Shown: piece by piece, positions 38,053 to 49,549 of the stretch
How the letters are laid out: each line of letters opens with the position of its first letter
Numbering within the stretch: the stretch's first letter is position 1
Source: Caecitellus pseudoparvulus
Taxonomy: Eukaryota > Protista > Bigyra: Bicosoecida
Direction of reading: 5' to 3'
Length of the DNA: 64,000 nucleotides
Assembly (NCBI GenBank): GCA_965644315.1
Contig: CBFFRQ010000069.1
Span: 1,364,001-1,428,000 of the forward strand
Position numbers and translations under genes: made by a program
The notes under the pieces: model-generated
Database searches by the model: none
The model's input: the letters and a program-made list of their open reading frames with translations, nothing else
What the model was told of the DNA's origin: nothing

Positions 38053-39663
38053 TCAGCGTCGGCGGATGACCCGGCGCTTGCCGCCACCTCCACCTGCAGC
38101 AGCCCCAGGCCCGCCGCCGCCAAACATGCTCATGAGGTTGGCCATGCCACCTCCCCCGCCTCCTCCCATGGCAGACGCCAGGGCAGAGGGGTCCAAGCCT
38201 GACATTTGCTTCATCATGTTCATCATGTTTCCCATACCACCCATCTGGGCCATCATGCGCGGGTCGAAGCTCTTCTGCAGCTGCTGCATGACTGCTTGCG
38301 GGTTGCGCTTGAGCTGGCTCTGCAGAGCCGCATCGCCGCCTTTCATGAGACCAGACTTGCCCATTTTCTGCACCACCGTCGCAAACTGCTTGTAAGCCTT
38401 CAGCAACATGTCCACGTGAGCAGGGGACACGCCAGCTCCGCGTGCCACGCGGATCTTGCGGCCGGGCTCTTTCTCGAAGCTCGCCCGGCCGTCAAGCTCA
38501 GCAGCGGACATGGAGTCCATGATGCACAGGAAGCGCTTGATTTGTGCGCCGCTGTCCTGGCCTTGTCCCATCTGGCCCAGCATCTGCCCCATGCCACCCG
38601 GCAGCATGCCCATGACCTTGTCCAGGGGGCCGAGTTTCAGGATTTCGCTGAACTGGTCATACATGTCACGAAGCGTGAAGTCCTTACCCTTGCCGATGCG
38701 CTGCATCATGGCCTCTTGCATGTCCGTGTCGATGGTGTCGGTGAGCTTCTCCATGAGGCCCTTCACATCTCCGCGCCCCAGGAGTTTGGAGATGAAGGAC
38801 TCCGGGTCGAAGCGCTCCAAGTCCTCGAAGTGCTCACCCACACCCACGAAGGTGATGGGGGACCCCGTCGCGGCCACTGCAGACAGAGCACCGCCACCCT
38901 TTGCGTGGCCGTCCAACTTGGTGATGATGCACGAGCCCACGGGAACTGACTGCTTGAAGGCTTCTGCTTGGTCGAAAGCAGCCTGGCCGATGGAGGAGTC
39001 CATCACGAACACCACCTCGCTGGGGTTCACCGCAGCCGCCACCTCCTGCATCTCCTGGAAGAGAGCAGCCTCCTGCTTGTGCCGCCCAGATGTGTCCACG
39101 ATGATGACGTCATACTTCTCTGCGGTGAAGTGCTCCACGCCTTCCCGAGCGATGGCCACAGGGTCGGTCTCGCTGTACGACCCGTAGAAGGGAACTCGCA
39201 CCCGAATGGCGTTCTGCTTCAGTTGGTCAAAGGCACCTGCACGAAATGTATCAGCACACACCATGGCAACTGAGTACTTCTTCTTCTTGTAGTAGTGCGC
39301 GTACTTCGCGACGGTGGTCGTCTTGCCAGCCCCCTGCAACCCCACAAACATGACCACGTTGGTCTTGCCCTTCTTCATGCGGAACGGCTCGTGGCCTGGG
39401 TCAAGCAGGCCCACCAGAGACTCCACCACCGCCCGCTCCACCACTCGAGCAATGTTCACTCCGTCTGCCCCGCCCTCAAGCTTGATCCTGGTCTGCACCG
39501 TGTTGCGGAGCTGCCCCACAAGCTTCACGTTCACGTCTGCTGCAAGCAGAGCGCTCATGATGTCCTTCAAGACTGCCTTCACGACGTCATCGTCTACATC
39601 TGTCGCCGAGTTCAGGCGGGAGAGCGCCCCCGCCAACTGCATCCCCAGCTCGTGAAGAACCAT
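38053..39663 (-). CDS. SRP54: Signal recognition particle 54 kDa subunit
   Basis: MVLHELG, GLQGAGKTTT, DTFRAGAFDQLKQNA, DTSGRH, TKLDGHAKGGGALSA, Met-rich M domain; no introns. Confidence 0.98.
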   Translation of the reverse strand: MVLHELGMQLAGALSRLNSATDVDDDVVKAVLKDIMSALLAADVNVKLVGQLRNTVQTRIKLEGGADGVNIARVVERAVVESLVGLLDPGHEPFRMKKGKTNVVMFVGLQGAGKTTTVAKYAHYYKKKKYSVAMVCADTFRAGAFDQLKQNAIRVRVPFYGSYSETDPVAIAREGVEHFTAEKYDVIIVDTSGRHKQEAALFQEMQEVAAAVNPSEVVFVMDSSIGQAAFDQAEAFKQSVPVGSCIITKLDGHAKGGGALSAVAATGSPITFVGVGEHFEDLERFDPESFISKLLGRGDVKGLMEKLTDTIDTDMQEAMMQRIGKGKDFTLRDMYDQFSEILKLGPLDKVMGMLPGGMGQMLGQMGQGQDSGAQIKRFLCIMDSMSAAELDGRASFEKEPGRKIRVARGAGVSPAHVDMLLKAYKQFATVVQKMGKSGLMKGGDAALQSQLKRNPQAVMQQLQKSFDPRMMAQMGGMGNMMNMMKQMSGLDPSALASAMGGGGGGGMANLMSMFGGGGPGAAAGGGGGKRRVIRRR

Positions 39664-40048
39664 GGCTGCACTCTACGAAACGCTGCTGCACTGCACTTGA
39701 AACGCGAGGTTTCCGCAAGAGCTAAATCACCGCCGAAGGCCCCTGCAAGCTAGTCCGGGGGACAAATAGGCGATTAGATGTGAACACTTGCTGAATCAGG
39801 CCACCAGGTGACTGGGTGAGGCCTGCCGCGGCAAGTGAGCGGAACGCAAGCTTGGCCACGTGTGCTGGTGTGGCCCGCCGAAGCAAAGAGGCGTCAGTGT
39901 GAGCTCGGGAATGCCCCAACTGCAGGCTTGGCTGCCTGCATTATCACTCAGTGTTCCCGACGTGTCGAGAGGGGTTCAATTGTTGCAGTCTGGTGGTTGT
40001 CCCTGCCGACTGCCCACGCAGCTCGTCCTGCACCACCGCACATCACCA

Positions 40049-43000
40049 TCACGGGGCTGCTTTCTTCACCTTGCTGTCTACAAGCTTGCCCAAAGCATGC
40101 AAGCGCAGTAAATGAACTGCCCGCCGCGTCGCGCCTGCTTTTCGCTGGTCCACTGACCGGCAGTATTGCAACATCTCCTGGATGACATCCGCAGGGCTGC
40201 CGGGAAAGGCCACCGCAAGCAGCTCCTCCAATTCCAGCTCCCCAGAACCGTCAGCATCGACAGCCTTGAAGAGGGACTTTGCCACTGTCGGCAGCAGGCC
40301 AGAGAACATGTCTGAAGCCATGTACTCCTCCAGGTCCACAGCACCTGAGCCGTCAGTGTCGATTTCGTCGAACATTCGCTTCAGGGCCAGGACCCGATCA
40401 CGGTCATGGCCACCAAAAGCGTGGGGCTGGGAGAAGGATGAAGCTGTGGTTCTGGCCAGTCGCAGCTGCGCTTGCTCCGAAGCCGAGCGCCTGGACAGTG
40501 CCGAACGTTGGACAGCTGACGCCTTGCGTGATTTAGGTTCTAACACAGTGCTCATGTCCTTGTGCTTGTCCACGGTGTCTTGCCGCAGTGCGCAGAGCTC
40601 AGCGGCTTCCAGAGCAGGTTTGCCTCCAGGTCTTGAAGAGCTGCGCTCATCCTGCCATGCTGCTTGGGGCGAAGGCGAAGTGCTCGCAGCGTGACCACTA
40701 CAGTCGCTCGGGTGGGCGAACCCCCTTTGCTGCCGGGACTTGGAAGCAGCCAGCAGTGCGCAAAGCCTGGCTTCTTCTTGGCGAGCCAGCCGTGCGCTAC
40801 TCGGACGCATCGCACGCTCAGAACTCTCACCTGTGGCATGTCTTGGGCCTCCACCTAGCGACAGCTCCAATAGGGGCGCCTGAGAGGTCACTGGCTTCTG
40901 CTCAGATGATGTCCATGTCTGGCCCTGCATCTTCGGGTGCGCTGAGCGGGGCCGCAGTCGCGCCCTGGCCCGCTGACGAGATCCTTCTTGCTTTGAAGGA
41001 CCCGTACGCTCATGATGGCCCCCGCCCGTCGGCTTTCTCCGGAGATTTGAGCTGGAAGCCACTGGCGCTGAGGAAGGCTTTCGTTGAGGGGAGGACATCT
41101 GAACTTCTTGTCGGGACAGGACACTCGGGCGGAACGAGTCAGGCTCCGCTCGATCCAAGCTCGCAACCTTTGTTCGGCGGCGCAGTTGGACTTGGTGTGC
41201 TTTGGCTACCAGCCCAAAATTCTTGTACTTTCCGACCAGCGAGCGAGGCATGCGCGCATGTCTGTGCTTTCCAGCCTCCGCGCTCAACTGCTCGAGGAAG
41301 CTCGGGCGCTCAAGGCCTTCGAAAGCGGCAGGGAATCGCGCCTGTGATTCAGCCGACTTCGCCGATAGAGTCTCTGTATCCTCACCGTTCGAGCTCAGGT
41401 TGAGGTCAATGAGCTTCCTTTGCTCGGAGTCTGTGGTTGAACGAAGGAGGGCGGCCTCAGAGGCGGCTGCTTGGCGCTCGGACTCGAGCAAGTGAGCCTT
41501 CCTCTCAACGGCCCGCTGGCCAGCCACTTCCAGAGCGCGAGCAACATTGCTCTCACCCACTACCTTGTGGTCCCCTGGCCAACTGTCTCTCTGTCGCTCC
41601 AGCTCCGTGAGTATACCTCCATGATCGTCGAGTGTGAGTCTGTGCAGTGACATGGACCCAGCGCCAGTCCCTTTCGGAGAAGGCTCTTGACCTACACATG
41701 GCAGCGGCCGGGCAACTGGAGTTGGCCTGGGTGGATCCTTCAAGCAAGCTTCGGCTGCCTCTCCTGGAGTGTGGCGTCCCGCGCACACCGCATCGCAGGC
41801 TGCCCGGGTGGACTGCTGATTCGCAGCGCGGCTGGTTCGATCTGGCTGGCTCTGGCTCACGGACCTATTCACAGCAAGCACGGCTGAAGCGCCCGAAACA
41901 CGTTCGTCTTGCCCTTCCTGTACTCCTGTTGCCAAGCTGTCGATCGAAGAAGTTGAGCTGCGCAGCTCCCGCATCACTTCTTGTGCTTCGCTGCGACGGG
42001 CCTGCAAGAGGGTCGCGAGGCTTGGATCAAAGCTCCAGGGGCACTGCGCTTTGGACAGTGGCTTGATGCCGCCCGGGTTGCCAGTGATGCTTTCAGCCTC
42101 TGGAAGGTCATGATACACTCTCTCACACAGCACCGCAAGTGGGGCACCGACGATGCTCCACAAGCGAACGGAGAGATCTTGGCTCGTTGATGCAATGTCG
42201 GGGACCGGGGAGGTGTGAATGAAGGACAGGCTCAGGATGCTGCCTGAGTGTGCAGTCCATGCTGCGACAGGCGCCGCTCCTGGCAGCACACGACTGTCGG
42301 CCCAAGCCTGTGCTGAGACTTGTCTGCCTGGAAGCACAGGCGAGAACCCAGGATACTCCGCTCCTACCTTCAACGAAAACCAGGCAGGGTGCCTTGCATC
42401 CAAGTCACTGATGCTACTGGACAGCAGGACCTCGGGAACGCGCAGCCGCTCCCCAGTCGCGACTGGCACGCTGGGCGAAACTGGCCGGGTGGCTTTGGCA
42501 CCAAGCCAAGCCTCTGCCTGCCGCTGCCTCAGTGCCTTTTTGTCAAGTGAGGGATCATATGCTGCAGGTGCAGTGCTCTGGAGCACTCGCCTGCGCAAGA
42601 GGTGAGGGTCGTATCCAGCTTGGCTGGCTGGGCACTGGCTGGGCGGCACCGGCGAGCAGGGTCCCCGAACAACAGCATCGGTGAGATCCCACCACTTGAT
42701 CATCCCCTGAGCATCTCCAGTCACAATCCAGGCTCGGGGCAAGTTTTGCGAAGCTGCAGCTTGTGCCGAGTTCAGAATTTGCTGTGCAGAGGACCCCGGT
42801 GCGCCGTACAGGTGTCCATGTGATGCAGGAAGCGTGCTTTTGTCTGCACACATTACCATGTGTTCACGTGTAAACCCTGCGACCAGCACGTCCATGGCGA
42901 GAATCGGCACAGGTACAGTGCTCGGTTGGCAAAATGGGCGCTGCGCGGGCTGGCCAGGCTGTAGGGGGGGGGGCGGCGCTCCTCCCCTCCTCCCCTCATT

Positions 43001-46000
43001 CACGACACGCAAGAACAAACGCCCCGATCCTGGCACGTGAGGTGTGATGAATATGCTCAAACCACCACTACCATCAGCTGAGAAGAGAATGGGAAGGTTT
43101 TCTTGGGGCTGTGGCCCTTTCAGCACCGAGACTTCCCCGCCACACTCCACTTCGTGGTGCAGGTGCAACGAGCAGAAATCCCACATGCGTATGCTGCCAG
43201 ACACATCTGCAGAACACATGACGCTGAACGGGTGCAGAAGGCAGACGCTCGACATATCTGCGTCGTGAGAGTTGACAATACTCCGGAGCTGTGGCATTTC
43301 ATCTGGCTTGGAGTCGCTCCAGATTCGCAAAGAGCGGTCCCAGCTTGCTGACAGCACCACCGCATCTCCCCCTGCATGGCACATGGAGACAACGTCATCA
43401 GAGTGTCCCTGCCTGGGGGCCTTTAGCAAGTAACCGGAAAATGCGTTCAAGACAACAATGTTTCCGTCTGCATCCCCCACGAAGAGTTTGCGCTGCCGGT
43501 TGTCTAGGCACATGCTCACGATGAGATCGGGTGTGACTGCGTCCACAGCTCGGAGCAGGTTACCAGAAGATGCATCGTAGATGTTTATCGAGCTTCCTGC
43601 AGCGACGATGAGAATGTTCAACTCTCGCGAAAACTGCACTGCAACTGGGTACGGGTCTGCTGCAGTCTGGGCCACGGGAACTAGCAGGTGGTGCTTCAGA
43701 CCTGCCGCGACCAACGTCCCATGCGGCTCTTGGACGACAAAGTTCCGGATGGAGAAGGGAGGGGCATTTGCACGGAAGCACCCACTTTGCGTCGCCGTCC
43801 CTGCTGTCGTGTCAGCGACGTTCCACACCTTGAACAGCCCGGATTCGTCCAGCGTCACAACCTGCGGCGCCACCTGTCCCAGCACATCCACTGCCACCAA
43901 CCTTGATCGTCCAGGCACCACCTGCAGAAGTGCTACACAGGAAGCAGGGTCCCAAAGCCACAATCCCTCCGTGCCTCCGCCGCTGACCACTAAGTCGCGG
44001 TTGGGCAACGCTTTCATGAATCTCACAGCTTCCAGGTGCTTGCAGAACGAATGTGACAGCTTTGGCACCACCGGGAGACGGTCATCTGCATACTTGAGCA
44101 GGTGCACGTTGCTGTCCAGCCCACCCACAGCCATCAAGCTGTGCCTTGGCACATCAGCAAAGCAGGAGACATCCTCGGCGTGAAGGGCCAGTTCACACAG
44201 TTTCTCCCGCTGCAGCACGTCCCAAACGGATATGATCGGGCTGTTCGGGTGAGCAATGAAGAGAGCATTCGCAGAGTCACTCCAAGCCATGACGTGCACA
44301 GCCATAAGGAGGTGGACGTGCCCTCTCGCTTCGAACCTTCGCGTTCCCCAGAACGTCAGGGTCATGTCTCCGTTCGCAACGGCAAGCAAGTGTTGGGTGT
44401 CCTTCGGGCCCATCGAGCTCCATGCAATTGCTCTGGAGCACCGTGGCTTGGGTCGACAGTACTCAACGAAATGCAAGGCATCTCCAGCAGATACTTGTTC
44501 GGGCCTTCGTGGTCGCGCGTAGTCCGGTACGCCACTGTCTGCCGTGTCCCCTTCTCTGATCTCACCCATAGCGCGCACACATGGCCCACCATCAGGGTCA
44601 TAGAAGGGAACTGAGCCCCCACCTACCCCTGGTCGTGCGTACAGTCCAGCCTGTGGCGGTGGGTAGTCTGCCTCACTGTCCAACCTGGGCAGCGTTGGCA
44701 CATTGGCATGGCTGGAAGGCGTACCCTTGCCAGCAGGCAGACGCCTGTCCCTGGCCATGAGCAGCCGCCTACGAGCCTTCTGGGCTTCATAGTATGCGGA
44801 AGCTTCTTTCCTCTCTCTGGTGATGGCTGTAGCCCTGCGCTGCGCAGCTCTTGTGGCTGGCAGCTGCGGTGGTGCCGTAGCCCGCCACACGCTCGCTCGA
44901 ACTTTGTCCCCCTTCACTGCCTGAGCAGCATTTCCAACGGGAGACGGGACTTGCAGCACCCTGGATGTCTCGAGCAACATTCTCTCAGAAGCTGTCAGCT
45001 GCCCGCCCAATGCCGAGACCCTAGCAGCTGCTGACTGTACCTTCGCTCGCATGTCCCCCCGACGCTGCAAGGTGACAGTAGCACTTTCGTTTGAGCGCAC
45101 CTCCCCCAAGACACCCTCCTGGCCGGTTGAATGCCAAAGAAACTTGCTCCATCTGCTTCCTGTTCGCATGCCAGCGGTTGGCTGCCTACCCTCCAGTTCC
45201 CGTGCCTTGGCGCCTCCAACTGCGCCTCCAGAGACCACCTCGGCAGCTTCCAGCTTGTGTTGCGCATCCAAGTCTGAAGCTAGCTGGGGCGGACGCTTGG
45301 CTAGCCTGGTGGTGTAGCGTCTAGACCTATCCGACGCCACGATGACTGCAGCTCGTCTCCTCGATGCCGACACTGCACTGTGAGCTTTGCCGCCTCCAGG
45401 CATGGCTAGGGTGGCTTTGGCCCACTTGAGGGCTGCCTTTCGATGCACGTCAGCTTCCACTTGGCGCTGCCCAGCTGCAGTTTTTGCAAGCTGCATCTGA
45501 GCCCTTGCCTCCTCTGCCGCTGCTGCGTCCACAACTGCCCCGCGCTGCCGCGCAGCCCGGGACATGGCGGAACCGATCGCCAACGCCTGCACAAGTTGGA
45601 AGCCAGGACAGTGACAGCTATTCGGAGAGACAGGGGTGCAGCAGGCTCACCTTTTCCCGCATAGGAAGGCGGATGTGCACTCGCGCAAGGAGGCACAGAT
45701 CGTGGTTGTACACTTTCAGAACAGGGGACCCTGCCTCACAGACGCACAGCTGCTGCAGCTCAGGGAAGAACCGGATGCAGGTGACTGGGTCTTCAGGGTG
45801 AAACTCCGGGGGCAAGAAGCTCGTGTCCGCGTCTTCATACTGTCATAGCAATTCGTGCGGAAAACAGAGCTGGAGAGCTGCTGCAAGCGGGGGGCACGCG
45901 CTCGGAGGCTCACCTTGATCTGAGGGCCAGCTCCATTGCGTTGTGATGAAGCCAAGACGCCACTCTCGACGCAGAAACTAGTGAACTCGTCCCAATCAAC

Positions 46001-46294
46001 TGTCGCTGACCCATCAACATCAATGCGGCGGAACAGCTCAATCAACCCAACCATCACATCTTCTGCGGTTTGTCGCAGACGCGGCATTCTCGGGTGCTAT
46101 GCTGGGCGTTGCAGGTTGCGTTTCATACCGTTACTGGCACCGCCAGCTTCCACCATCTGGCTGATCACGCTGCAGAACTGCAGCAGAGACAAGCCATCAG
46201 ATTGTTTCTGGAGCTTCTTGTAGTTTATCCGGATGTTCGTGAGGGTCTTGCTGGTCAGCAACGTGCTTGTGTCCAGCGCCAGAGCAACTGCCAT
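40049..46294 (-). CDS. Large EF-hand / WD40-repeat protein (WDR49/WDR64/EFCAB8-like)
   Basis: N-terminal EF-hand LFRRIDVDGSATVDWDEF; many WD repeats (SASWDRSLRIW, SADVSGSIRMWD, TGDAQGMIKWWD); C-terminal EF pair DTDGSGAVDLEE and DADGSGELELEE. Introns 46063-46128, 45840-45913, 45587-45650. Confidence 0.8.
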
Positions 46295-46695
46295 GGCGTT
46301 GACCTGGGAAGCGGGATCACCCGCAGCCTGCACGACTAGAGCAGCAACTCAAACCCATGACAGCACCTAGTTTGTGCTGGCTGCCTCAATGCGATCCAAG
46401 GATTTTGCTGCCGTCCCTTGCCGGACTGCTGCAAGCTCATGTCGCGCGCAAGCACTGCACCAATGGCACTTTCCGGGCTGTCGCACAAAACACTCAGCTC
46501 AAAAGAAGCAACTCCTCAACCCATATGGCACTCACAATCATAAATCCAGCTTCGAAAGCTCCGGACTTTGGTTGCCTTTCGACGGTGTGCGCGCCTTTGC
46601 ACCACCGCAAAGGGTGAGAAACGCCAAGGCAGCTCAGCGAAGTTGCGCTGCTGATAGAAAGGCGCCATCAAGATCAAAGAGGAGTTCAAGAGACA

Positions 46696-49503
46696 ATGAG
46701 TGAAAGTGCTTCCCTGGCGGAGAGTAGCGCACTGGATACCGGAACTGTGCGTTGAAGAGCGCCTGCAGCCAATTTGAGGCAGTGCACCGGACCCATTTGC
46801 CTTCCGCGTAGGTTGCCGAGTCCGTCGCTCCCGGGGACAGCGCAGTGCTGCCCAGCATTGCGGACGATGCTGCTTCTGTCTCGGACTATGACGAAGGCGA
46901 GGACACCGAAGAAGAGGCGCAAGGCATTGAGACGGTATGCACGGCTTCCCGCGCCGGGTCATGGCAACGCAGCGGAAACGCCGCCTCGCACACTGCATGC
47001 GTGTACTGTGCAGGGGCTCACGCAAAACCAAGGGCGCTTGCTGTACATGATCAGCTTGTACACGAGGCCAGCACGTTCGGGGCTGGAGAAGGAGGAGTGG
47101 GTTCGGAAGCAAGCCCTGCTTGTGCTCATCTACGAGGCAGTGGTGGCGCAGGTGCTGGACTACGACTATGCCCCTGCTAGTACCATCGTCAATGGGCACC
47201 GCCGGTACTTCAACAAGTCCCAGGAAGGCACCAGTGACGTGGACTTCCTTCGAGAGGAAGACATGCTCAATGGGCTAAAGCTGTCCAGCAAGTCCTACAC
47301 GCCCGTGACTTGCTACCAGGTGTCCGCAAAAGGCATGGCCTTGGTGAAGAAGATGCCAAAGGCCGACAAGGATGCTGTGCATGAGCTCGTCTATGCGCCA
47401 GGCACCCGTGAGCTGCTGCGGGTTGTCTTTCGACACGATGAGTACTTGCTGGTCGGCCCCGGTGGCTTCGAGCGCCCGTCATCGGTGACAGATTGTGAAG
47501 ACGTGTCATACGTGTCATCGGCATATATCCCACAGTGCCTGCGTTTTGGGGGCCGGCCAACACTGTCGAATGCCCACCGTGCTGGGGAGTGTGCCGTGTC
47601 CGTGTCAAACATTCGGGATGAGCTGGACGAAGTGCTCACACTGAACTCCGTGTCAATTGTTGTGGCCGAGTTCATACCCTTCGGTGCAAATCAAATTGTG
47701 CAGATGAACCACAACCTTGGTTCCACCGAGCGAGTGCAAGGGGGCTTCTTCACCGCCCTTGTTGATGACAACGCGGATGGCACAAAGTTCGAAGTTGCGC
47801 CGGGGCTGACCTCCGTGAACATCTTGGACTACACCCTGACCAAGCACATCAACTTCGAGGCTGACATCAAGCTGCCTGAAGACGATGGGATTGTGCAGGT
47901 GGAGACGTTCGGGGTGTCCGTCAATGCGGACGGGACGGCATTCTACGGCATGCAGGTGGAGGCGGTCATGGACCGGATCAAGGACAACATCTCCCTGGAT
48001 CACCTGTCCCGCCTGCTTGCAGATGTGCACACGGACAGCTCCTCCATTGTGGACTCGGTCGTCTCAGCATACCAGCGCCGGCTGTTGAACCTCATCTTCA
48101 ACGGGGACGCAGGCAACAGGGACAAGATGAACCTCATCATTGCCAACGAGATCACGCCTCACCTGACAGCTGAAGAGTACATGGACAAAGGGGAGTACGA
48201 GAACGAGCTGAAGCAGGTGCTCGGGGACACCCGGGCGGCGTTTGACATCTCAGAGCACGACACGCTCGTGTTTGGCGAGACTGGTCTGCTCATCGCAGGT
48301 CCCAACTCCAGACACCACGAGCCGCTGCTGTGCTCGTATCTGCAGTTCACATCCATGGATCTGTTTGTGCGCAACTACTGGAACCGCATGTTCTTGCTGC
48401 TGGACAACATGAAGGAGGTTCGCCGCCTCATCAATAACTACACCTCAGACCCCACCAGCCTCCCGAAGATCAGGCGCAGGCTGCAGCAGCTCTCTGACAA
48501 TGTGCGCCTGATGAACGAAGTACTGGGGTACCTGACAGAGTCATTGGAGTCGTGCGAGATCCCCCCTGAGCCGCTGGACGCCGCGGGCCGGGCACTGTAC
48601 GAACGGCTTCAAATCGCAGACCTGGCCGGGCAGCTCTCCATGAGAGTGCTGGACTTGAAGAAGAACATGGATGGGGCTGGAGCAGAGCTGCAGTTCTTGA
48701 AATCGATGGCAAGCATTGTTGCTGAGAACCAAGCAGCGAGCTTGGTGGAGAATCTGCGCTCCAACACCCGGCAGCTCATGCTGCTGCACGAGACCAACGA
48801 GAAGACCTCTGCTACGGTGGAGATCTTGCAGTACCTGGGCTCAGCGATGTTTGCGTTCGGCCTCATTGACAGGCTCATTGGCCCTGGTTGGAGCGTCTCG
48901 CAGTCCGAGTACGTGTTTGCGCGGTACCAAGACCCTGAAGTCTGGGACAAAGATCTCGTCCCAGGCGCGTGGCAGTCCTTCGTGAATGCCATGATTGTTG
49001 GCGCACCGACCATGTGGTTTTGGATTTCCCTTGCCATGTGGGCAGCAGTGCTGTATGCCACCAACCGCATGTTAACGCAGATGAAGTTCGTGTCCTTGGG
49101 CAAAATGACGGTCCGCATCCGCATCATGCAGCGTCTTGACCTGGAACGCTTCCACGCGTACGTTCAGACGAAGGTGACTGCCCTCGAGGAGAGGGACTTC
49201 CAAGAACGCAACAGCATCATTCGTGTGTCGTGGGAGGAGGTCGACAAGGAAGCATGGGGAGGCTCAGCACCATACATTGTCCTGGAGTACGACGCTGAGA
49301 CGCAGTACTTGCACTCCATTTCCATCAACTACAACCGCCGTGATGCCATCAAAAATCTAGCTCTCACCGCACCTGAGCTGCGCAACAAGCTTTGTGATGA
49401 AATGCTGGACGCACAGGTGTTCGAAGATGGCAACTACACCTTCCGGGAGGCGACAGCTGAAGACTTGGAGGAGTTTGGGGCGATGAAGCTGCAGATGGGC
49501 TGA
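46696..49503 (+). CDS. Uncharacterised membrane protein: winged-helix-like N-domain, CorA/DUF155-like helical stalk, 2 TM, soluble C-domain
   Basis: Clean 3-exon model (introns 46747-46811 and 46935-47013 both keep frame). Globular composition. wHTH-like FLREEDMLNGLKL..YQVSAKG. TMs ILQYLGSAMFAFGLIDRLIG and MWFWISLAMWAAVLYAT. Gene is well supported; the function is not. Confidence 0.75.
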
Positions 49504-49549
49504 CCTGGTGCATCCCAGCAGCCCCAGGCCAAATGCACGATTGATGTGA

